The notes: a model not told the origin generated them from the letters alone. Counted from the first letter of the stretch, positions 1 through 13,500 are shown. The stretch is 64,000 nucleotides of DNA from a virus (IMGVR_UViG_3300037400_005963:32001-96000); one strand, 5' to 3'. Translations and numbers: made by a program.

Positions 1-197
1 CCAGTTGCCCTAATTACATTATCCTCTCCCTTATTATACAATAATGCAATCTGTGAGAATCCCCTACCAATATTTCTAAGATACATAACGGGAGAGTCGT
101 TTAAGAGACCATTCTTTTCTTCAAACGATAAAAAAGAGTGATATACTTGCATATTATCTTCTAAGGTAGAGAATTCTTTTTGTCTAAACTGTATCAA
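1..197 (-). CDS. Partial ORF (runs off the left edge) carrying the shared N-terminal leader
   Basis: Not in ORF track; read by hand from TTG at 197: (M)IQFRQKEFSTLEDNMQ..., open to base 1. Confidence 0.7.
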   Translation of the reverse strand, partial: MIQFRQKEFSTLEDNMQVYHSFLSFEEKNGLLNDSPVMYLRNIGRGFSQIALLYNKGEDNVIRAT

Positions 198-216
198 TTT
201 CTTTCTATTTTATTAA

Positions 217-248
217 AGAACTCCCCCACTTTATTACGGAGGAGTTCT
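217..248 (-). terminator. Intergenic hairpin, probable terminator
   Basis: AGAACTCC...GGAGTTCT inverted repeat just after the stop of 255..680. Confidence 0.55.
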
Positions 249-254
249 ATTTTT

Positions 255-680
255 TTACCAACGATAAGAATTATATCCCATAGATTCCATTGCGCGTGTT
301 TTTCTTTCTTCACGTGCAGCCTTTTCTTCAGCTTCTTTCTTTCTTCTTAAGTAAGCTCGATCTTTTGGGCTAGCTTTCTTATATCTTTTAATTTCATGAT
401 CAACTCTTTCCTCGGTATTTTTTTTGTGCTTCTTTCCAGCAAAATATCCTGCAGTAGCACCAAGACCTGCACCAATCGTACTACCAATTAAGGCACCTCT
501 GCTTGGATTTTTGGGGCTTGCTGCAAGACCAATAGACAAACCTGGAAGTGCACCTAATACACCACCACCAATACTTCCAGTGCGTTTAGCATGACGAACA
601 GATCTTTTCTCCTTCAGTCGATCTTCTAGATAATCTTCATCCTCCATTTTAGAGAAGAGGTTTCTTTTTAGTATAATCAT
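255..680 (-). CDS. Leader-tagged glycine-zipper protein, putative internal virion protein
   Basis: Starts MIILKRNLFS; two GxxxG-rich hydrophobic segments; basic C-terminus. Confidence 0.6.
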   Translation of the reverse strand: MIILKRNLFSKMEDEDYLEDRLKEKRSVRHAKRTGSIGGGVLGALPGLSIGLAASPKNPSRGALIGSTIGAGLGATAGYFAGKKHKKNTEERVDHEIKRYKKASPKDRAYLRRKKEAEEKAAREERKTRAMESMGYNSYRW

Positions 681-682
681 AT

Positions 683-949
683 CTATTTCTCGTTTTGAAA
701 TTTTTTACAGTATTTTAAATTTTCTCTATACCACTCATCCCTTGTCATCTTATCCTTAAAAATTTCATCATAAGCTCTATCAATGTTACAGATAAGAGGA
801 CGATCTTCATAAATAGTACAGAGATTTGTATCTGGATCTAGGTATTTACACCAACCAGTTTCTGGATCTACTAATTCAGGTGCAATTAAACCTATTCGCT
901 TACAACATTCCCCACACTTTGAACAAGGGAATTTTCTAGGTATATTCAT
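683..949 (-). CDS. YkgJ-family cysteine-cluster (Zn/Fe-chelating) protein
   Basis: CSKCGECC...CKYL...CTIYEDRPLIC pattern typical of the family. Confidence 0.85.
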   Translation of the reverse strand: MNIPRKFPCSKCGECCKRIGLIAPELVDPETGWCKYLDPDTNLCTIYEDRPLICNIDRAYDEIFKDKMTRDEWYRENLKYCKKFQNEK

Positions 950-955
950 ATTACT

Positions 956-1147
956 TTATAAATTTTTTTTTCCTATAGATCCAAAAGATTTGCAGTATGA
1001 TTTATTATCTTTATTGATAAAAGTCTCCCCAAAGCTTTTTTCATAGGAACTAGAAGATTCATAGGTTTGGATATCTTCTCCATTATCGCCAATGATATGT
1101 TTATATTTTTTATGGGAAGTTATTTTTGGTTTTCTTTTTATTAACAT
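956..1147 (-). CDS. Small hypothetical protein with partial leader
   Basis: Likely start is ATG at 1147 (MLIKRKPK), which avoids overlap with the upstream gene. Confidence 0.5.
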   Translation of the reverse strand: MLIKRKPKITSHKKYKHIIGDNGEDIQTYESSSSYEKSFGETFINKDNKSYCKSFGSIGKKNL

Positions 1148-1148
1148 C

Positions 1149-1577
1149 TTAGAATTCCTCCTTCCTATCACTACATAATCCGAAAAGATAGCGATATTTT
1201 TGAGAATCTTGCATAAAAGTCTCAGTCTCACCACATAATCCTTTAAACTCTGGACCTTGTGGAATTCTTTGATAGAACTTAGTAGTCTCCTCTATGACGT
1301 GATCTATGAATTTCATAAAATCTTCATCGCCACACTCCACACACTGAACATCAGAGGGACCCATTTTTCCTAGGATTCCCATATATCCTTCAGCTATTGC
1401 ATCCTGAAAATCACTCATCAATTTGTGATATTCATCCAAGTATACGTGGATATCTTTTTTAGGTGCGGCCCAGTGAAGATTCTTACATTTATTAAGAAAT
1501 CCTGTTAAACTGCTCAAATAAGACAGAAATACGTGACGATCTTCTTCACTGTATTCCTTCTGCTTAAATTGTATCAT
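1149..1577 (-). CDS. Ferritin/Dps-like four-helix-bundle protein (DUF5856-like) with leader
   Basis: LHW...HVYLDEYH...FQDAIAEG pattern resembles Dps-type ferroxidase helices; starts MIQFKQKEYS. Confidence 0.65.
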   Translation of the reverse strand: MIQFKQKEYSEEDRHVFLSYLSSLTGFLNKCKNLHWAAPKKDIHVYLDEYHKLMSDFQDAIAEGYMGILGKMGPSDVQCVECGDEDFMKFIDHVIEETTKFYQRIPQGPEFKGLCGETETFMQDSQKYRYLFGLCSDRKEEF

Positions 1578-1719
1578 ATCTAATATATATGTTGGACCTC
1601 AAATATAATTTTAAATATAATTATAAGTGAGGATAAATTCATAACCTTCTCTATTAAAGAGGGGGAGACTTAGTATAACAGAAATGTCACTGCTCCCCCA
1701 ATTAATAGAAATTTTAATT

Positions 1720-2307
1720 TTAGAGGTTATTCTCTTCTCTGTGATAGTGCTCGAAACTCATAGACAGAGAAACATCTGCACGATCAGTCTCACTAGCTTC
1801 CTCACCATTTTCATTAATAGGTGCATCCTGATACAGGAGGTTATAGAAGTAGAGAGTCTTAACAGCGATACGAGATGAGTTGGTGATAGTCAGCTTAGCA
1901 TCCATAACTAAGTCAGCCTTTCTGAACGAATATCTAGTATCGGGGTCAGAGATTTTGTTACGCCAGTCAGTTACCCAATAAGTAATGGCTGTATCCTCAC
2001 GGTCAACGAATTGAAGGGTGAGGGTACCACTAGTATTCTGAGAAGTTCTTTGTGCAATGTTGAAGCCACCACGCATTCTCTTCTCAATACCAGTAGTAGA
2101 GTAGTCAATACCTACTTGAACTGAATTAAGACGTGCATTAATCAGGTCATCGCCCGGATAATAAACAATCTTAGGGGCGTTAGTGACACTGAATTCCCAC
2201 ATATCGCCACGAAGGAATTCCCTATTGTTGTCGCGATAGGTGTTCTCGTAATCAATAAAGTGCATTAAGCCCTTTCCAGAGCGCACTAGATCAGCTACTT
2301 TTGCCAT
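1720..2307 (-). CDS. Putative tail tube protein (T4 gp19-like)
   Basis: 195 aa, beta-rich, GTLTLQFVDRED...W...KADLVMD pattern; adjacent to a sheath-like gene. Confidence 0.6.
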   Translation of the reverse strand: MAKVADLVRSGKGLMHFIDYENTYRDNNREFLRGDMWEFSVTNAPKIVYYPGDDLINARLNSVQVGIDYSTTGIEKRMRGGFNIAQRTSQNTSGTLTLQFVDREDTAITYWVTDWRNKISDPDTRYSFRKADLVMDAKLTITNSSRIAVKTLYFYNLLYQDAPINENGEEASETDRADVSLSMSFEHYHREENNL

Positions 2308-2309
2308 AA

Positions 2310-4523
2310 TTAAGTTTGATTTTTATTATAATTAAGTATTATATCGAAGCTAACATCCTCGGAAATAAGGTCACTCATCTTCGTAAGTATATTAGCTTGT
2401 ATTGTTTGTGTTAGTTTATTTAATTCAAAACTAATCACCTGAATTGATCGTATAATAGTAAAATCTTCTGATATTTTTGTCAGGGTTCTCTCAAAACTTT
2501 TTCGAATAGTGGGATTATTCATTTTTTCTCCAATAATCCTCCACTTCCAACGTTCCAGTTCTCTACTAACTCGACTGATGACAAATCTAACTAGAGGAAA
2601 AGTTTCGGGATCATCACCTGGATAATACATATCATAGAAATAACTATGATCATTAGATTTTAAAACATTTGATTTATACTCTAACTCTAAAATTTTATCA
2701 TTATACTCTTCATTTAGATCTTCTTTTAGTACTGGATAGAGAACTTCACTCGTTTGCGGTAAATAATTATTCTGAAATAATCCTCTTAAAAATAAGTCAT
2801 ATCCGGGTCTCCACTCTAAATCATCTCCGTAGAAAAAATTTCCGAAAAAGTAAATCAATCTATTTTCTGGATCATCTTTTACTAAATTGGTATCTAAATC
2901 ATTTCCCTGATTTACTATTAGTGCTTGACAATTACATTTTTTTGTGGCTTCTAATATTTGGTAGTCAGATAATCCTGTTTTTTCCGGAACTAATATAAAG
3001 TCCGTAAATTCATTATTATCAGTTAATTGATCTAATGAATATTGATAATTCCAATTTTCTGCATTCTCATACATACCGCCACTAAGTGTCCAATCACCCA
3101 ATACCCAACCATTTTCGGGCTCATCTTCTACTAAGATTTCAAATCTTACTAATTTAGATTCCCTTGAAACTAATTCATCCAATCTTTCTTCGCCTACCGC
3201 TGAAGTTAGGGAACCTTCAAAGGTTTCCTCGTAATCAAATCTTAAAACAGTAAGAGTATAAATATCTTTATATAATTCTGATTCTTCGAGAATGACTTCT
3301 ATTTCTCCATCATCACCTCCAGTACCAATTGTCTTTGACTCAAATCTATAAAGCTCACAAGGTTTTACGTAAGTCTCATAAATATCTTTCTGATTTTCAA
3401 GATCATCTGAGTAATAGTTAAATGTCTCTGGCATATTGCAAGGAAAACTTAAATATATCTCATCGCCAAGCTTGAATTTTTTTTGATTTTCATCAGATCT
3501 TAATCCCAGAAGTTGCTTTAGTTGAGCCACACTGTCAAAGTAATATATATTTCCCGTAGGAGTGATCATATCAACTTTAGCAGTAAAGTCGTCATTGGGA
3601 CAACTTAATATCTCTATATCATAAAAATGTTCGGCTGGTCTATAGAAATAATAATCATATTCATATATTTTTCCATCAGCTAAAGTCTCAAGTCCCGAAT
3701 CTCTTGGAATAGCAAAATAATTAGTGAGGAGTATTTTTGTTTCCCAACCTCCTTCTACTAGAATAAAGTCAACACACTTCAAATCTTCATCTTTCAATTC
3801 ACCGAATTCTAGCAATATATTACTACCAACAGTAATATCATAATTTACCTTATCACTAAATTCATCGAACGATGAAAATTTTTCAGTAAGTTCGGAAATA
3901 CTTACTAAGTGTCTGTCTGATTCTTCTACTATAGGATCATCTAAAAGTGGATAAGAACAGTATGCTTCATTTTCTCCAACGGACAGCCTATCCCTATTCC
4001 TATTTGATCTACTAGTTATAGGAATATCTAGTTCCTCTAAAAATGCATCATAAGATTCTTTAAATCTATAATAGGAAAAGAGGCAGTTAGACTCCGCGTC
4101 TCGAAATGGACCAGTCTCAGTTAATACTTTGTAAAGAATGTTCGGATTTTTTTCTTGCCTTACTAAAAGATTTTCATCACTAAGTAAATTTTCTACATTC
4201 CTCAATAAAGAAATACTACTTTCCGTTTGTGGAGAAATATCTTCCAGAAAATAATATCCTTCTGCTATATCTAACCCAATATCACATAAAGTGGGTCGGA
4301 AAAGATATAGAGTAATATTTCCTAAATTTAAAAGAAATTCTAGATATTCATACTCAGTGAAATCTTTTCCAAAACAAGCCTGAAGTTCTCGAAAATCATT
4401 TATAAGTATAGGTTTCTCGTAGGATAAATCGGCATTAACAACCTCTGTTAAAACTAAATTCCTTAGTAGAGTTTCGCTTTGTGTTCCATAATCTATCCAA
4501 GAATTTCCTGCTGTAATTTTCAT
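2310..4523 (-). CDS. Tail sheath-like protein (divergent second copy)
   Basis: N-terminal PILINDFRELQACFG and C-terminal SRELERWKWRIIGE...SFDIIL resemble sheath termini; very acidic. Confidence 0.5.
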   Translation of the reverse strand: MKITAGNSWIDYGTQSETLLRNLVLTEVVNADLSYEKPILINDFRELQACFGKDFTEYEYLEFLLNLGNITLYLFRPTLCDIGLDIAEGYYFLEDISPQTESSISLLRNVENLLSDENLLVRQEKNPNILYKVLTETGPFRDAESNCLFSYYRFKESYDAFLEELDIPITSRSNRNRDRLSVGENEAYCSYPLLDDPIVEESDRHLVSISELTEKFSSFDEFSDKVNYDITVGSNILLEFGELKDEDLKCVDFILVEGGWETKILLTNYFAIPRDSGLETLADGKIYEYDYYFYRPAEHFYDIEILSCPNDDFTAKVDMITPTGNIYYFDSVAQLKQLLGLRSDENQKKFKLGDEIYLSFPCNMPETFNYYSDDLENQKDIYETYVKPCELYRFESKTIGTGGDDGEIEVILEESELYKDIYTLTVLRFDYEETFEGSLTSAVGEERLDELVSRESKLVRFEILVEDEPENGWVLGDWTLSGGMYENAENWNYQYSLDQLTDNNEFTDFILVPEKTGLSDYQILEATKKCNCQALIVNQGNDLDTNLVKDDPENRLIYFFGNFFYGDDLEWRPGYDLFLRGLFQNNYLPQTSEVLYPVLKEDLNEEYNDKILELEYKSNVLKSNDHSYFYDMYYPGDDPETFPLVRFVISRVSRELERWKWRIIGEKMNNPTIRKSFERTLTKISEDFTIIRSIQVISFELNKLTQTIQANILTKMSDLISEDVSFDIILNYNKNQT

Positions 4524-4534
4524 AATACCTCTTA

Positions 4535-7500
4535 TTAATCCATTGCAAGACCTCCCTTAGAAGTCTTTCCTCGAGGCGGAGTTCTATAAGTTCCACCATG
4601 TTTCTGTGAAGAATCACGATATCTATTAGTCTCCTTCTTCTTTGGCTTGGTTTGGTTATCTCTCTTACTTGGTTTCTTGGTAGAAGGTTTCTTCTGATCT
4701 TTCTTCTGATCTTTCTTCTGATCTTTCTTCTGACTCTCCTTTTTCTTATCCTTCTTCTGTTTCTCCTCCGGCTTTTTCTCCTCTTTCGGTGGAGAGTTTT
4801 TCCAAGCAGCTTCTTCTTGGGTAAATTTACTTCTATCAAGATCCCACCGTGGATTTGGATTTTCTCCAACTATACTGAAAGATAATTCCAATTCATCTCC
4901 ACTTCCTTCTATTGAACCTTTTCGTTCTTCACTCATATCCTTTAAAACACATAATAAATCATATCGATTTATGGTACTTAACTGTGGAGTAAAGACATAT
5001 ATTTTTATTCTAAATGTGATGTTTTTATATAATGCTAGACAGGGAGATGTTTTATCAACCGCCGTAATCATATTTGGATTAGGTATTCCAATCATCCTTG
5101 CACGGTCAAAAATCTCAGGACTAACTTTATAACTAACATCATTTATACGTTTATTTCCACGAGCATTGAAAATCGTATAAGAGCCATCCTTCCCATCTAT
5201 TTTACAATTCTCTACTGTAAAAAGACCATCTGGAAAAGTTTCTTGAATACCTAAAAACTTTTCAGAATTGTCATAACCATAGTACTGACTTTTATGAATT
5301 TCACTGCTATAGACACTAACATACATACTCTTCTCAAAGAACTGCCTGAAAGATTTATAACTATCGTCTACCAAAGTTAAACGAAGTTCATTGGTAAATT
5401 CAATACCTCCGGGAAAGTTAATCTCTCCATCATAAATACCAAGGGACTTCATATTCATCTTTGCGCGACTTAAATCGAAGTCTACAACTGGGAACCATCT
5501 ATTGTAAGAAGTAATTACATTATGCTGAATCCAGTTTTTAGCATTCATTTCCTCAACTGAAGGAAGATATGAGCAGTATCCATTGTCCCAACCTAAATAC
5601 GGTTCAATTGTTACTTCCCAATACGAATTTGAATCTAATGTCCAAACAGTACCGTCATCCATATCGTCCACTAAAGATCTAAATTTAGTGTATTTACCTG
5701 GATGAGACATCAATGAACTATCTATAATAGCCTGATTGAAAGTACTTGGAGTCATTATAGTTTCTTCAGAGTATCCAGAATCAGTTAACTCTTCCAAAGT
5801 AGTCCACATACCGGTTCCCCGCATGTACTGATCTTTGAAGAAATAATTAATTTCTGAATTTAAATCAGCTTTTACATCCGGATTGAATGCTTCTACGAAA
5901 GAACGCTTTAAGATACTTTTTAAATTAACCGTTCCATCTTTATTAGCTAAATTGGAGGTATCTATTTCCTTTGAGATTCTCATATTAGGATCAGTCCAAC
6001 CTAACGTATTTCTCCAGTCATTTCCTGGCGGGGTTGGTCGTTCTTTCTTTTCAAATCTCTCGTTGATAAAATCAGTTACAGTTTTTGTGTAAATATCCTG
6101 AGCTTTCCAAGGATCTTCTGCATCTCTCTTTTTTGGTCTATTAAAGGGTTTAGATTTATCTGGTTTACTCACATAGCGGCCATCATTAAAGTAGGCATTC
6201 AAATTTATAGTCGCATTCTCTACTGTGGATGCCAGAAGTCCTCTCGCATTATCTAAAATATCCCCTTCGGCAGATTTACTAAATTGAGTAACATTTGAAT
6301 CTGGTAATCGAGATCTATTAATCTTTAAGACCTCGTCTCTCATGTCCCTGGCCTTAATAAGTGCCCATAATATCATATCCACGGAATGTTCCTTCATTCC
6401 TGTGAAATTATCTAGAGTTCTCCAGAATTGTCCCTTAGTATTTAGTGCATTATATCCACGTCTAACCTCATCGGCAATAAATCTAAGATAGTCATTAGCA
6501 TTTAACATGGCAGATAAATCACCTGGCATGTGAGAATAGGTTGTATAAATTTTTCCTTCACCCTTATAATATTCCTTTGCCAAGTTTTTTATATCCTCCT
6601 CTATCCTAGTAACCTGAGTAGCAGATAGGTCTGAACTAGTAAATTTACTTAAAAGACTTTGTAATTTTTGTCCCCAACCGCCGAGATCCTTAGAGCTAGC
6701 ATAATTTAATAGATAGGAACTATATTTTTGTACGTGATGTTCCGCACGGGCCTTAAATGCATTAGTTAGTACCTCCAGATCCTTTTCTGAATCAGGATCA
6801 AAATAGTAATCGTAGTCACGGGTTTTATCACTTCTTTGACCTGCGACTGGACCCTTTACTGAATATTCCGTTCTAGGTGCGAGAGATTTAGGGAGTTTTC
6901 CGCCAGTCTTTATTTGTTCTTCTGCCCGTTTAACTAGTAAATCTTCAAAAACTTCCTTCGCCTGTTCTTCAGTTAGTGGCGTTTTTCCTCTTCTAAGATT
7001 ATCTAGAGTTATTGCAACAGAATCAGCGTCACCGTCAATTATAGGAATACCGGAGATTTCACTATTTGCACGATTTTGGATCCAGTAGTTAAACAGGTTC
7101 TCTAATTCTTCTTCGCTAAAGTTTTCACTATCTCGAATAAAATTGTCTAGAATAATGGCCAAGGGATCTACCCCAGGTTTATCCATTCCCAGGGTTCTTC
7201 CAAGCTCATCTCTCGTTTGTTCTGCTCTAGTAAGAAGTAAATTATTATATAGTTGTTCGGCTTGCTCGTCAGTTAAACTACCATTATCTCTGGCATAATT
7301 ATCTAGAGTTACCGCCAGTGGATCTATTTGAGGTTTATCCGTTCCTATAGTCGGACGAATTTTTCCATCTTCTTCTAAAGGCAAATCGGTTAGGGGGAAG
7401 TCTCTATTCTCCTCATTCCTTAACCTATCCTTAGCATCGGTATTTGGATTTTGATCGGATATAGTTCCCTGATAATCCTGTTGGGCTCTTTTTAATAGAA

Positions 7501-10500
7501 GTTCATTGAAAAGTTCTTTTAAACCGCCTACACTCAGGTCTCCATTCCTAACTAAATCGTCTAATATGACTGCCAGTTGATCTATGCCCGGTTTTTCTGG
7601 ACCTACTGTTCGAACAGTCTTACCATCATCTTCTAAAGTGTGGCGAAGACTCTCTACTTTATCGGGATCATCTAAGACATTTCCGTCCTTATCATAAACC
7701 TCTCCTCTCCTGACTCCTAATACCGCATCGGGTAGGGGTTCGTGATCTGGATCAAACTGCTTACCAATCGTACCATCGACACTATACCTTATTTGATCCT
7801 CCCTGACCCGTTCTTTTGCAGCTTCTCCTCTAAAATCAAGGAAAAAATCATAGAGTGATTTTAACTGTGATTCACTGAGCTCTCCATAGGCTCCCCTAGC
7901 TAAATCATCCAGTATAACCGCAAGTTGATTTATTTGAGGTTTTTCTGGACCGGCCGTTGGAACAGTTTTTCCATCTTCCTCTAGAGAATCCCTTAATATT
8001 CCAGAATTTAAATCATCTTTTATAGCTGAAGTGATGTGATCCACTTCCGTTTTTCCATCTTCCTCCAGAGAATCTCTTAATATTCCAGAATTTAAATCAT
8101 CTTTTATAGATGACGTAGTGTGATCCTGTTCAATAAGTCCACCAGTTTCTAGATAGTCTCTTAATTGATCCCTTTCATATAGATCTTCTTTTATTTTTGT
8201 ATCTGGATTCTGGTCTGACCTGATATACTGTTTTTGTTCCTCAGCTCTTTTGAGTATGAGCTCATCATACAATGATTTAGACGAACCTTCATCTAATGAT
8301 TCACTATCTCTTGCAAGATCGTCAAAAGCTATCGCAACTGCATCACCTTCGGGATTAGTTTGTATAGTTTTTCCATCCTCCTCTAGAGAATCCCTTAATA
8401 TTCCAGAATTTAAATCATCTTTTATTGAAGAGGAAGTATGGTCTCTTTCTATTAAACCATCTGACGCTAACTCATCTCTTAGTATTCCCGAATTAAAATC
8501 ATCTTTTATGGAAGAAGTAGTGTGATCTTCTTCTATTAGACCATCTAGTTCTAATTCATCCCTGAGTTTTCCGGAATTTAAGTCATCTTTTATGGGAGAT
8601 GTGGTATAATCTTCTCCTACTATACCATCGGATTCTAGCTCATCCCTTAGTTTTCCAGAATTTAGGTCATTTTTTATAGAAGAAGGATCACTTTGATCCT
8701 CAAGTACAAGACCGTCCAGTTCTAATTCATTCCTGAGTTTTCCAGAATTTAGATCAGTTTTTATAGAAGAAGGTTGACTTTGATCTTCTAATACAAGACC
8801 ATCAGTTTCTAGATTTTCCCTTAATTTTCCAGAATCTAAATCAGTCTTTATAGGAGAAGGTTGATTTTGATCTTCTAATACGTGGCCATCTAACTCTAGC
8901 TCTGATCTTAAACCATCACGTTCAAAGAAATTTTTTTGATCCGTATTTGAATTTTGATCACTTAATATATAGCCATCAGATTTTAAATTACTTTCAAGGT
9001 GACCATGACGGAGTTGAGATTTCTGTTTTTCATCGGATAACTGATCCTCCGTGATTAATCCGTCTGTTTCCAGTTCAGTTTTTAATCCGGTATTTCTAAG
9101 ATATTTCTTTTCTTCTGTTCCAGAATCCTGATCTTCGATAGATAATTCTTGTGAGGTTAATTCTTTAGCTAATCCTTCTTCTTTCAGCCTCCTTTTTTCT
9201 TGAGTCTCTATTTCCTGATCTTTGAGAGTATAACCATCTTCAGGCAATTTCTTTTTTAATCCTTTATCATGATATCTACCTTCATAGTTAAGAAACTCTT
9301 TCTCAGGGGTATTCGAATCTTGATCAGCAATAATCTTTCCCTCTTTAGATAATTCTTTTCTTAATCCACGCCCATTACCTTCATAATTAAAATACTCTTT
9401 TTCTGGAGTATTTGAATTTTGATCAGATATGGATTTACCAGTAGGATCTAATTCATCCCTTAACCTACCAGACTTTAGATCAATTTTAATGGGAGAATTT
9501 TCTGATTGATCTATAATATAACCATCCCAGGAGATTTCTTGGGTTAACTCATCTCTAGCAAGTTTATTTTTATCTGGTGTATCTAAATTCTGGTCTTTGA
9601 TAGACTTCTCAGTCTCTCTTAATTTTTTTTCTAAACCTTCCTCCCTTAGTATATATTTTTCTCTTGTTTTCGGTTCTTGATCGACCAATACTTTTTCGTC
9701 TTTACTCAACTTTTTTGGTAAACGAGAATTTTTCAGTAACTCTTTTAAATCCGTATGAGAGTTCTGATCTCGTAGAACCAATGCTTCTGGGAGAAATTCT
9801 TTTCTAAATAATCCCTTCTGCAGTTTATGTTTTTCTTTAGTACTGTTTCGATCTCCTGATCTTTTTCCTAATTTAGGTAAAATTTCAGATAAACCATTTA
9901 CTTTATATTTACGTTTTTCTTCAGTTGTCTCATCATCTTCTCTAGGCTTACCGTACTTTTCTAGACTAGACGTTAATCCCTTATCGTTTAAACTGATTTC
10001 ATAATTTAAAATCTTTTTTGGGTCGGTATCAGGTCTTTGATCTGAAATGACCGTTCCATCGCCTGGAATTGAATCGCCTAGTATTTTTTCAGTTTCAAGT
10101 CGATACTTTTCTTCGGTCCTTATTGAATCTTTTTCAATAAAACCATCTTTGTTTAATTTTGTTTTAAAACCTTTTTCCTCAAGATATGATTTTTCAACTG
10201 AATTTATTAAATCTATTAATAATGTTCCACCTTCCGGAAGAACTTTCCTCAAGCCACGGTCATTTAATCCATTATCATCCAGATATAGTTTTTCTTCTGT
10301 ATTCGGATCTTGATCGCTTTGAAGTAAACCATCTTTCTCCAGAGAATCCTCTAACCTATTTTTCTCATTGACTTGATGTTTTTGAGCAGTTAGATAACGG
10401 TCTTCTTCAAGCTCTCCGTCGGGTACCAATGTATCGATTAAACCCTCACGACGAAAATATCTCTTCTCTTCAGTATTAAAATCTTTATCTGAACCGGGCT

Positions 10501-13500
10501 TTCCTTGTAGACTCAAATCCTTTCTTAGTCCACCGTGTTTTTCATCATTAAGAAAATCTTTTTCTTCGGTGAACGGTAATCGATCTTTTCTAATGTAACC
10601 AAGTCGAGTTAATCTCTTCCTAAGTCCTCTATCTCTTCGTAATCTTCCTTCATAGTGAAAGAATAATTTTTCTAGAGTATATGGATCCTGGTCAGATATT
10701 GTTTTCCCATCAGATAGTATAAAATCTCTTAGACCCTCCTCACTGAAATAAATTTTCTCTTCGGTATCAGTTTCTTGATCATAGATTACATAACCATCAT
10801 CTAAGAGTTCATACCTAAGACCTTCTTTGGTATAAAAGAATTTCTCTTCAGTGTTCGAGTCTTGATCTTTTATAGCATGTCCATCTTTTAGGAGAGTATC
10901 ACGTAAACCCTCATCCTTTAGATAGTTTTTTTCCTCAGTATTCGAGTCTTGATCCTTTTTGGGGTATCCATCCTCTGGGAGAGTATCACGTAAACCTTCT
11001 TCCGAGAATAAAACTTTTTCTTCTGTACCTGCGGCTTGATCATAGATAGTATAACCATCTTTTTGAAGTTCATATCTAAGACCTTCCTTGGTATAAAATA
11101 TTTTCTGATCCGCGTTCGGTTCTTGATCGGGAAGAATATATCCATCACGGACTAGTAATTCCTTAAGACCTTTTTCTGCGAATTCATATTTTTCTACAGT
11201 TTCTGAATTTTGATCATAAACAATATACCCATCCTTCTGTATTTCAACAACAAACCCTTCTTTATTAAGATAGATTTTACTGTCACTTTGAGAATATTGA
11301 TCATTTAATACAAAACCACTGTCCTTTAGTGACTGAACTAAACCTTCTTCCGAGAAGAAAATTTTCTCTTCAGTTCCTGCATTTTGATCATAGACAATAT
11401 ATCCATCACTTTGAAGTTCATATAATAATCCTTCTTCGCCAAAATATATTTTTCTAGTGGTATCCGATTTTTGATCATATATTGTATATCCATCTTCCTG
11501 AAGTTCATATTTTAAACCATCCTCATCAAAATATATTTTAGAATCAGTCAATGGATTTTGATCACTGATAAAATGACCGTCCGATTCTAAAGCATTTCTA
11601 AGGTGTTCTGGTTCTTGAACAGAAGATTCTACTGGAGAATCTACGTAACTAGACAAATCTAATGGATTTTCTCCGAGTGATAATTTATCTATCTCATCCG
11701 AGAGTTGATCTTCTCTAGGATTGTTCAGAATTTCATCTTTTGATAAATTAGTTGGTAAGATTGTGGTTTTTTCATCAACATCTATTTTATCTAAAACATT
11801 ATCTAAGTCTAAATCCTCTTCACTATCATCTAATTTATCTAATACGTCGCTTAGACTAACTTCCTCTGAACTTTCTCTCAGCTTATCGAGAGTTAATCCC
11901 AGGGTTAATGAATCATCGTCAACGTTTGTTATTCCATCTAATACAGTCTCTAAACTATTAATACCTGAATCAGGAATATCCAAACTATCAACAGATTTGT
12001 CTAACTTCGACTCAGAATCGTCTATTACATAGCTGATTTTATTTTTGTCTAATTCTATATCAGAATCTACATTATTTAAATCAACCCTCTCGTCTCCAAG
12101 AGATAAATTTAATTTTTTATCTCCTTTTGGGAAATCTGGTGAAGCTGCATCTAATGGTGGATCTATAGTATCCCCAATAGGCTTGTCTACAAAAGAATCT
12201 AAATCTTTAACTCCAGTATCAATTAATTTTCCAGACTTATCTAAAAATTTGTCTAACTCTACCTGTTTACTATTCTCTATAGTTCCTTCTTTAGAAATTT
12301 TATTTTCTAATTCCAGATCTGATTTTTTAGTATTTGGTATTATTTCTTTATTTTCTTCAAGACTAGATCCCTTATCTGCTTTAATTGATTCCCGATATCT
12401 TGAAAGTTCTTCTTCAACTTCGTGTCGAAAGGGGACTTCTTGTCTCTCCTCCCCGAGAGACGCGTCTTTTTTAGGTATATCTATAGTATCGAGGGTATCA
12501 CTAAGATTCACCTCGTCATTTTGTGACATCTCAATTGGACTATCTAAGAACGAATTGAGTTGTGTTTCTTGAATAGTTCCTCGTACTATCTCTTTATCAC
12601 CGTTAAGCTTATCTATTTTTTCAACTCCGCGGATTTTATTAAGAATTCGTTTTCCCAAAGATTGTTCTTTTGGTGGATTTTCAATAAATTCCTTATTTTT
12701 TGGTAACTCATTGAAAGAATTCTCAACATTATCAACTTTTTCTAAATCACTGGATAATTTTTGGGGAGTTTGATCCTCAGACTTAATAATATTATCTAGA
12801 TAAGACGATAAATCTACTTTCCCCGAAGGCTTAAAATCAACTGTTTCTAAAGTTTGACTTAATTTTTCTGGTTTTTTAAAAGGATCGTGGATTCTTTCCA
12901 AACTTTTTCCTAATTCAGTTTCCTTCTCATCCTTCAGAACTTTATCCAATGTATTACTTAACGTGATCTCCTCAAGGGGATTTTTAATTTTATCTACTTC
13001 ACTTGATAAAACTGTTTTTTCTTTTACCCCACCTATTTTATCTAAGTCATTGGTAAGAACGACTTTCTTCTCTTCTCCAGAAAGACGATCCACTTCCTCA
13101 GATAAAACGTTTTCCTCCCCTGATAATTTTAAATTTTCAATCGATTTAGATAAAGAATCACTTTTCTTCTCTCCGCGAATCTTCTCTAAAGAATTAGATA
13201 AGATTTCTGAATCAGTTTTCTTATTTAATTTTTCAACTGAATCGGATAAGGTGGGATTTTTTTCTACGGCGGATATTTTCTCAACCGTACTTGATAACTT
13301 CTGTGATTCTTTAGTATTTCCTCCTATTTTCTCTACGTTGTTGGATAGAGAATTGGATTCCTTATTTCCTCCTATCTTCTCTACGTTGTTGGATAGAGAA
13401 TCGGATTCCTTATTTTCTCCTGAAATCTTAATCAGTTCATTGGTTAAAGATTCTTCTCCACTAAGAAACTGAATCTTATCAATAGAACTACTAAGTGATT

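Noticed and set aside
7960-8880. Repeated ~30-bp DNA units as a CRISPR array
   Set aside because: The units are degenerate, in frame and encode the protein repeat; no cas genes and no unique-spacer pattern.
8250-13472. Plus-strand Ser/Leu/Phe-rich ORFs opposite the giant gene (likewise 29811-32591 and minus-strand ORFs in 47-62 kb)
   Set aside because: Antisense shadows of real genes with biased codons.
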